From contig CAWIAU010000001.1 of the NCBI GenBank assembly GCA_963834265.1, positions 263,572-327,571 of the forward strand: a DNA stretch of 64,000 bases. Direction: 5' to 3'. Each line of letters begins with the position of its first letter. Positions within the stretch are counted from its first letter, which is position 1. Origin of the DNA: an uncultured bacterium (GTDB lineage Bacteria > Patescibacteriota > Saccharimonadia > Saccharimonadales > 2-12-FULL-41-12). The position numbers and the translations under genes are program-made. The notes under the pieces were generated by a model. It was not told the DNA's origin. It saw only the letters and a program-made list of their open reading frames with translations, and searched no databases. Positions 28,670 through 38,600 of the stretch are shown here, piece after piece.

Positions 28670-29680
28670 GCCTAAAACTTTTAGCACAATGTTTATCTCC
28701 AGATAAGTACTTACTTATTGATGACGAGCTTTAACCCAACAACGGGCGGGCTTTTGTATTCTCAGCTCCTCCGAAGTGACAAAAATCTTATAGATCAAAA
28801 CGTCTTATACTTGGTGTTGCGGGAAGAGTTTTTCAGAATCGTCGTGATTTAGACGGTCCAGCTGGGCAAAATCTACCAATGCCAGCCTAAGCCAGTTTGT
28901 GGGCAAGGATGTGGATTGATTGAGCGGCGTTCTAGAAGGTCGTACAATAATGTGGTTTACAATTTAGCAAAATGTTATTTGGTGAATACCTTTTGTGGTA
29001 TAACCGTAAATTCGGGTATACCAAATAATGTATAATTTTGGAAATCCATAATTTATTTAAAATTGATTTTGAGCTACTTTATTATGAATTTTAGTGTCCG
29101 GAATTTGTATTTTCGATATCTTAAATTCTAATTTCTTACCAGAAATAATTACAACGTTAAGATTTCGCAGTCTATTATTTTCGATCATTATCAAAATATC
29201 CATTTAATTCTGAGCAATTTTGTAATTAGCAACGTCCTCTACCGAGCTTAGTAGAGTAGTCTGTGGAAAAATCATAAAAAAAGACATTGTATAATATACT
29301 TTCTGATTCCGCAGATTGAACCAAACGATTATATACCTGAAGTAAATATACAAACACTTGAGGCTAAGTACTCCTATCTGTTATGGAATCTTTTGCCAAG
29401 TTCGAAACCAACCTAAACAACGGGTCATAGAAATAAAATTAAATACATGTTGAGTACAGCTGAAAATTCCTGCCGGAACAGGAATAATAGGTCAGTTCTG
29501 TCGTATAGGGTAGTCTGTGTACAAAAATATTTACCTCTGTTATGGAATGTAATGCTAATGTTTTCGTCTGAGTACAAAAGTAGTACATTGGTATTGCATA
29601 GGTCACCCCTAATGCTTACACTAAGCATTAGCTTTCATAACAGATTAAGCAGCATAAAGTTGAACACAAAATAAACTCAA

Positions 29681-32600
29681 ATGTATCAAGAAACTCAAAC
29701 CAAAAGCCGTTCCAGAGTGTACGTTACCGTAGGTGATGCGGCGGAGCTATTAGGTGTTTCTATCGATACTGTCCGACGTTGGGAAAAGAGCGGCAAACTG
29801 CATGCTAAACGATTAGATGGCAAGAATCGATACTTCCCCAAAGATGAATTAGAGCAATTCAGAGCTCATCAGCCCCTGTCTACAACAGAAGTGGCTAAGC
29901 GACTTAAGACCTCTGCTTCCAGCGTACGTCGTCTCGAAGCTAGTGGCCAGATAACGGCTGACCGTGCTGAGAACGGAAAGCGTCTTTACTCTTTGGCAAG
30001 TATAGTTGACTATTTGGAAAGTAAATCTGCTCCATTGCAACCAGCAATATCAGATAAACAGGAATTAGCGTCAGGTGTAGCCCTGAATCAGGTAACACCG
30101 ATGCCGGCACTGACTATCGCACCGCCACCGCGTCAACATACCCCGCGTCATGGATTAAAGCATCATTTACAGCAGCCTAAGAAGTTATGGGCTACTCATT
30201 CCGGCAGATTAAATTACCATATTTTTCAAAAAGTAATCATCTATAGTGCTACGGCATGTGTCTCCGTAGTGATGATATTGACGCTATTCTTTCTGATGTT
30301 TCCGGGAACTGCCCGCACGACATTTTATAATCAATCCCATAACAGTGGTAAACAGTTTGTTTCGAAACAAGCTGACGGTCTCTTAGTACGGGCCTTCAAG
30401 CCCTTTACAAATGCAGCCCTGGGCGTTGTCGAGGTAGTTAACCCGGAAGTCCGCAATACTATTCAGCCTAGGGCCATAGATGACGTGAATGAAGTATTCG
30501 CGCCTGACTCGCAGGGAAATATTATCACCAGGTACACCTTTAGCCCGCCGAACTCATCTTATCTGAAGATACCAGATCAGGGGTTAGTTACAAATCTGAA
30601 TAGTGAATTTGTCGGAGGCTATAAACCGGGCGAAAAGAAAGGAGATCTGGCTATCTTACCTCTGGGAGGTGATCAGCTTAAAGATAAGTCACTTAATGGT
30701 GACCAGCTGGCCGATGGAGCAATTAAGCTTAGCCATCTTTCTCCTACTTTGATAGCTTCTCTGAAGAGCGGAGGCACAGGAGGAAGTACTTTTGTAAGCG
30801 GTGCTGGCAGCGCCGGACCAGCAGGCCCATCAGGAGTTAACGGGGCGGCTGGAGCTGCAGGTGCCAACGGTGCTCCCGGTTCTCAAGGAGTAGCAGGTCC
30901 AGCCGGAGCAGCCGGACCTGCTGGATCACAAGGAGCTAACGGGGCACCGGGTGCTCCAGGAGCACAAGGCCCGACTGGTCCGCAAGGACCTCCAGGCGCT
31001 GGAGCTACGATAGCCTTGCAAGAGTCTGACGGTAGTCCGCTGGTTAGCGGCGTATCAAACATACAGTTTGGACCCACCAGCAACTCTTCTGACGAGTTTA
31101 TCCTGACAGACTTAACAGGAGGTCAGGTACGAATACAACTGGGCACTACGGTGCTTCTAACAACGAATTACACTACTACTCTGGATCCTATATATCTCAA
31201 TATTGGAGAATCTCCCGGGATCGGAGATATTACGGGCAGCTTCAGCGGGGGTTTGCAGGTAGCACCTGATGCGGTGGCGCTAGGTACCGATACCACTGGT
31301 AATTATTTAACTACTCTATCTGGCAGCACGGGTCTAATTGTCAGTGGATCGGGTTCAGAAAATGCGGCAGCTAGCATTGCTTTAGACGTAGTTACTACTG
31401 GTACAACAGGATTGTCCAGTGCCAACTCCGGGCTTGAGTTGGGTCCCGACGGTCTGCGTTTGCTTGGTGGATGCGCAACAAACCATGTATTGAAATGGAA
31501 CGGAACTACTTGGGCATGTGCTACCGATAACAGTAGTAGCGCTGCTGATGTTAAGGAAAATGGTGTAATTATTACTCCCACAGCAACAGCTATAGATTTT
31601 TTCGGTTCAGATTTTAATGTAACCAACAATGTTACGCAGGCAAATATAGCATTAGATTATATTAACTCGGGAATTACTCGTCGCACGGGGGCAGAGATAA
31701 TAAGCGGCAACTGGGCATTTAATGATAATAGCTTTACGCTGCAAGATAATGCTGACTCTAGTAAAAAACTTGCAATAGAATTATCGGGAATTACAACAGG
31801 AACAACGCGTACTTTAACAGCCCCAAACGCCAGCGGGACCATCATTAGCACGGGGAATTTAACTGACATTGTAAATGTGGGTACGCTCACAAGCGGTGTT
31901 TGGCAGGGTTCTGTTGTAGCCGTGCAGTATGGGGGAACAGGGGCCAACACCTTTACGTCTAACGGATTGCTATATGGAAATGGCAACAGTGCTGTACAGG
32001 CCACATCCGCGGGCACGGCCGGACAATTATTAGTTGCAAATGCTAGCAGTGTACCAACGTTTGCTACTCTATCGGGTGATGCGACCTTATCTGGCGCCGG
32101 CCTGCTAACATTAGCTAACTCGGGCGTTACAGCAAATACTTATGGAAGCTCAACTCAGGTACCGGTTTTTGCGGTTGACTCAAAAGGTAGAATCACTAAT
32201 GTAACTAATACAACAATAACAGGGGTCGCACCGGGTGGAACCGCCGGAGGTGATTTGAGTGGAACTTATCCCAACCCAAGCGTTTCAAGAATCAATGGAG
32301 TCGCTCTTGGTAGTACAACGGCAACGGGAGGAAATTTGCTGCTTGCCAATGGTACAAGCTGGGTCAGTCAAGCTCTTTCGGGAGATTTAAGTGTAAATGG
32401 GGCAGGCGTTGCCTCGATAGCAAACAACGCCATCAGTACCTCAAAAATTTTGGACGCCAATGTAACAAACATTAAATTAGCAAACTCCTCCTTAACAGTT
32501 ATGGCTGGAACAGGATTATCTGGCGGAGGAGCTATAAGTTTAGGTGGCACGACTACGCTTAACTTAGCTAATACGGCTGTATCGGCAGGGAGTTACGGCA

Positions 32601-35600
32601 GTAGCTCCGCGGTCCCTACTTTTACTGTAGATTCCCAGGGACGGCTGACAATGGCTGGTAATACAACCTTAGCTAATGCGGGACTGCAGAATTCAAGTTT
32701 GACCTTAACAGCGGGCAATGGACTAGCCGGGGGAGGAAGCGTTGCTTTAGGCGCATCTACAAGCCTTAACGTTCAGTATGGTGCTATCGCGAATACATCT
32801 GTCCAAGGCAATACTCAGATTACTTGTACGCCTGGTGCTGGTAATTTGTCCGGAGGGGGTACGGTTATAACACTGGGCTCAGGTGGAGCATGTGGTGCTA
32901 TTAATACGAATGCAGCGGTAAATTTTGCTACAAGTGTTACAACTCCACTACTTACGTCCATTGGTCCGATTACAATACAATCTGATCCCAGTGTTGGTAG
33001 TGACGACATAATATTCAATAGTGCCGGTAGCGAGATTTTTCGTTTACTTGAAACAGGGGAATTTAAGTTTGAACGCGGCTCAAACGATGCGTTCTTTTCT
33101 ATTGCAACTCCTAGTGGCGCGCCTGCTACTTATACTTTTTCCGGCGTATCCGGAACTGTCCTTACTAGTTCAAATTTCAGCAGTAGCTTAGACAGTTCTT
33201 ATGTGAACATAGGCGAATCCCCGTCAGCTGGCGACATTAACGGATCATTTGGGGGAGGTTTAAGCATTGGATCAGACGCAGTTGCTTTAGGGACAGACAC
33301 TACAGGCAACTATCTGGCTACACTTAGCGGAGGCACAGGATTGACAGTTACTGGATCTGGCAGCGAAAGTGCTGCGGTGACTTTAGCGCTCGATGTAATA
33401 ACTACAGGAACAACAGCTACTACAAACTCTAACTCTGGCTTAGAACTCGGTAGTGACGGGCTAAGATTGCTGGGGGGTTGTGCTTCTAATGAGATACTCA
33501 AATGGAATGGATCAACTTGGGCTTGCGCTGCAGATAATGGTACCGGAGCTGCTCCCACACTTCAAGAGAATTATGACAATGATCCCAATGGAGCGAATGT
33601 GATAATTGGATTGTCCAATGTTGACGGGGGTATATTTATTCGTGATAACGCGTCGCCAATTGGCGGTAACTTATTTGCCGTACAAAGCGACGGAGGTAGC
33701 ACTACTTATTTAGGTATCACTGCAAGTGGATCCAGCGTATCGGGAACTTTCTCGGCGACCGGTGCTATTAATGGCGCCACCATTTCTGGTGGCTCTCTAA
33801 ACTCTACTTCGGTTAATGGTCTTAGTGTTTCGGGGGGCATTATAACTGTGGGTACCTGGAATGGTACTGCTCTAACAGACTCTTATGTTTCTGATACTCT
33901 AACCTCAAGTATTTTCATAGGTTCAGGAAGTACATCAAATGCTGTAGATTTAGCTAGTGCCGAAGTAGCCGGCAGCCTGGCCGACGGAAATGTCTCAGAT
34001 ACCTTAACCATAGGTGCTTCCGGCAGCGTGGCTGACGGAGCTTTAAGTGTCAACGTGACTAAACTGGGGACTGCCATAGACCTGGCTACAGCTGAGGTAG
34101 CCGGTAATCTGAGAGCTAATAATCTGCAGAGTGCCGGAGCCGACCTTGGCGCGACTAATGTTAACATTGACCTGAGCAATACCAACGGAAGCTTCGTCAC
34201 CAACTTAACCGTAGACGGTACTATTACTGCCGCTACCTTTGCCGGCAACCTGACAGGTAATGTCACCGGCAACGCTTCAACCGCTACCGCTCTGGCTAAC
34301 AATCCGACAGATTGCGGAGCCAACCAGTTCGCCATTACCATTGCCGCCAGCGGTAACCTGACCTGCGCCGCGCTGACTGATGCCGATATACCGAATAACA
34401 TTACAATTGATCTGGCTGCCAACGCCACCACAGCTGTTAATCTGGTTGGTTCCGGCAGTACCACCAATGCCGTAGATCTGGCTACAGCTGAGGTATCCGG
34501 CAACTTACGGGCTAACAACCTGCAGAACGCCGCCGCCGACCTGGGAGGAGCTGACGTCAACATTAACCTCAGCAATACCAACGGAAGCTTCGTGACTAAT
34601 CTGACGGTTGACGGCACCATCACCGCCGCCACCTTTGCCGGCGCTCTTACGGGCAATGTCACCGGTAATGTCACCGGCAACGCTTCAACCGCTACCGCTC
34701 TGGCTAACAATCCGACAGATTGCGGAGCCAACCAGTTCGCCATTACCATTGCCGCCAGCGGTAACCTGACCTGCGTGTCCTTAACAGATCTGGATATACC
34801 GAACAACATTACAATTGATCTGGCTGCCGCCGCTACCGCGCTGGCTAACAACCCCACTGACTGTAGCGCTGATACTTACGCTACTACTATCGCTGCCAGC
34901 GGTAACCTGACTTGTGCTTCCATTACCGACGCTTCATTATCTGCTAACGTCACTAAACTGGGCAGTAGTATCCAAAACAGTGAAGTAGACGACGACCTGA
35001 CTATTAGTGCTTCCGGCAGCGTGGCTGACGGAGCTTTAAGTGTCAACGTGACTAAACTGGGGACTGCCATAGACCTGGCTACAGCTGAGGTAGCCGGTAA
35101 TCTGAGAGCTAATAATCTGCAGAGTGCCGGAGCCGACCTTGGCGCGACTAATGTTAACATTGACCTGAGCAATACCAACGGAAGCTTCGTCACCAACTTA
35201 ACCGTAGACGGTACTATTACTGCCGCTACCTTTGCCGGCAACCTGACAGGTAATGTCACCGGCAACGCTTCAACCGCTACCGCTCTGGCTAACAATCCGA
35301 CAGATTGCGGAGCCAACCAGTTCGCCATTACCATTGCCGCCAGCGGTAACCTGACCTGCGCCGCGCTGACTGATGCCGATATACCGAATAACATTACAAT
35401 TGATCTGGCTGCCAACGCCACCACAGCTGTTAATCTGGTTGGTTCCGGCAGTACCACCAATGCCGTAGATCTGGCTACAGCTGAGGTATCCGGCAACTTA
35501 CGGGCTAACAACCTGCAGAACGCCGCCGCCGACCTGGGAGGAGCTGACGTCAACATTAACCTCAGCAATACCAACGGAAGCTTCGTGACTAATCTGACGG

Positions 35601-38600
35601 TTGACGGCACCATCACCGCCGCCACCTTTGCCGGCGCTCTTACGGGCAATGTCACCGGTAATGTCACCGGCAACGCTTCAACCGCTACCGCTCTGGCTAA
35701 CAATCCGACAGATTGCGGAGCCAACCAGTTCGCCATTACCATTGCCGCCAGCGGTAACCTGACCTGCGTGTCCTTAACAGATCTGGATATACCGAACAAC
35801 ATTACAATTGATCTGGCTGCCGCCGCTACCGCGCTGGCTAACAACCCCACTGACTGTAGCGCTGATACTTACGCTACTACTATCGCTGCCAGCGGTAACC
35901 TGACTTGTGCTTCCATTACCGACGCTTCATTATCTGCTAACGTCACTAAACTGGGCAGTAGTATCCAAAACAGTGAAGTAGACGACGACCTGACTATTAG
36001 TGCTTCCGGCAGCGTGGCTGACGGAGCTTTAAGTGTCAACGTGACTAAACTGGGGACTGCCATAGACCTGGCTACAGCTGAGGTAGCCGGTAATCTGAGA
36101 GCTAATAATCTGCAGAGTGCCGGAGCCGACCTTGGCGCGACTAATGTTAACATTGACCTGAGCAATACCAACGGAAGCTTCGTCACCAACTTAACCGTAG
36201 ACGGTACTATTACTGCCGCTACCTTTGCCGGCAACCTGACAGGTAATGTCACCGGCAACGCTTCAACCGCTACCGCTCTGGCTAACAATCCGACAGATTG
36301 CGGAGCCAACCAGTTCGCCATTACCATTGCCGCCAGCGGTAACCTGACCTGCGCCGCGCTGACTGATGCCGATATACCGAATAACATTACAATTGATCTG
36401 GCTGCCAACGCCACCACAGCTGTTAATCTGGTTGGTTCCGGCAGTACCACCAATGCCGTAGATCTGGCTACAGCTGAGGTATCCGGCAACTTACGGGCTA
36501 ACAACCTGCAGAACGCCGCCGCCGACCTGGGAGGAGCTGACGTCAACATTAACCTCAGCAATACCAACGGAAGCTTCGTGACTAATCTGACGGTTGACGG
36601 CACCATCACCGCCGCCACCTTTGCCGGCGCTCTTACGGGCAATGTCACCGGTAATGTCACCGGCAACGCTTCAACCGCTACCGCTCTGGCTAACAATCCG
36701 ACAGATTGCGGAGCCAACCAGTTCGCCATTACCATTGCCGCCAGCGGTAACCTGACCTGCGTGTCCTTAACAGATCTGGATATACCGAACAACATTACAA
36801 TTGATCTGGCTGCCGCCGCTACCGCGCTGGCTAACAACCCCACTGACTGTAGCGCTGATACTTACGCTACTACTATCGCTGCCAGCGGTAACCTGACTTG
36901 TGCTTCCATTACCGACGCTTCATTATCTGCTAACGTCACTAAACTGGGCAGTAGTATCCAAAACAGTGAAGTAGACGACGACCTGACTATTAGTGCTTCC
37001 GGCAGCGTGGCTGACGGAGCTTTAAGTGTCAACGTGACTAAACTGGGGACTGCCATAGACCTGGCTACAGCTGAGGTAGCCGGTAATCTGAGAGCTAATA
37101 ATCTGCAGAGTGCCGGAGCCGACCTTGGCGCGACTAATGTTAACATTGACCTGAGCAATACCAACGGAAGCTTCGTCACCAACTTAACCGTAGACGGTAC
37201 TATTACTGCCGCTACCTTTGCCGGCAACCTGACAGGTAATGTCACCGGCAACGCTTCAACCGCTACCGCTCTGGCTAACAATCCGACAGATTGCGGAGCC
37301 AACCAGTTCGCCATTACCATTGCCGCCAGCGGTAACCTGACCTGCGCCGCGCTGACTGATGCCGATATACCGAATAACATTACAATTGATCTGGCTGCCA
37401 ACGCCACCACAGCTGTTAATCTGGTTGGTTCCGGCAGTACCACCAATGCCGTAGATCTGGCTACAGCTGAGGTATCCGGCAACTTACGGGCTAACAACCT
37501 GCAGAACGCCGCCGCCGACCTGGGAGGAGCTGACGTCAACATTAACCTCAGCAATACCAACGGAAGCTTCGTGACTAATCTGACGGTTGACGGCACCATC
37601 ACCGCCGCCACCTTTGCCGGCGCTCTTACGGGCAATGTCACCGGTAATGTCACCGGCAACGCTTCAACCGCTACCGCTCTGGCTAACAATCCGACAGATT
37701 GCGGAGCCAACCAGTTCGCCATTACCATTGCCGCCAGCGGTAACCTGACCTGCGTGTCCTTAACAGATCTGGATATACCGAACAACATTACAATTGATCT
37801 GGCTGCCGCCGCTACCGCGCTGGCTAACAACCCCACTGACTGTAGCGCTGATACTTACGCTACTACTATCGCTGCCAGCGGTAACCTGACTTGTGCTTCC
37901 ATTACCGACGCTTCATTATCTGCTAACGTCACTAAACTGGGCAGTAGTATCCAAAACAGTGAAGTAGACGACGACCTGACTATTAGTGCTTCCGGCAGCG
38001 TGGCTGACGGAGCTTTAAGTGTCAACGTGACTAAACTGGGGACTGCCATAGACCTGGCTACAGCTGAGGTAGCCGGTAATCTGAGAGCTAATAATCTGCA
38101 GAGTGCCGGAGCCGACCTTGGCGCGACTAATGTTAACATTGACCTGAGCAATACCAACGGAAGCTTCGTCACCAACTTAACCGTAGACGGTACTATTACT
38201 GCCGCTACCTTTGCCGGCAACCTGACAGGTAATGTCACCGGCAACGCTTCAACCGCTACCGCTCTGGCTAACAATCCGACAGATTGCGGAGCCAACCAGT
38301 TCGCCATTACCATTGCCGCCAGCGGTAACCTGACCTGCGCCGCGCTGACTGATGCCGATATACCGAATAACATTACAATTGATCTGGCTGCCAACGCCAC
38401 CACAGCTGTTAATCTGGTTGGTTCCGGCAGTACCACCAATGCCGTAGATCTGGCTACAGCTGAGGTATCCGGCAACTTACGGGCTAACAACCTGCAGAAC
38501 GCCGCCGCCGACCTGGGAGGAGCTGACGTCAACATTAACCTCAGCAATACCAACGGAAGCTTCGTGACTAATCTGACGGTTGACGGCACCATCACCGCCG

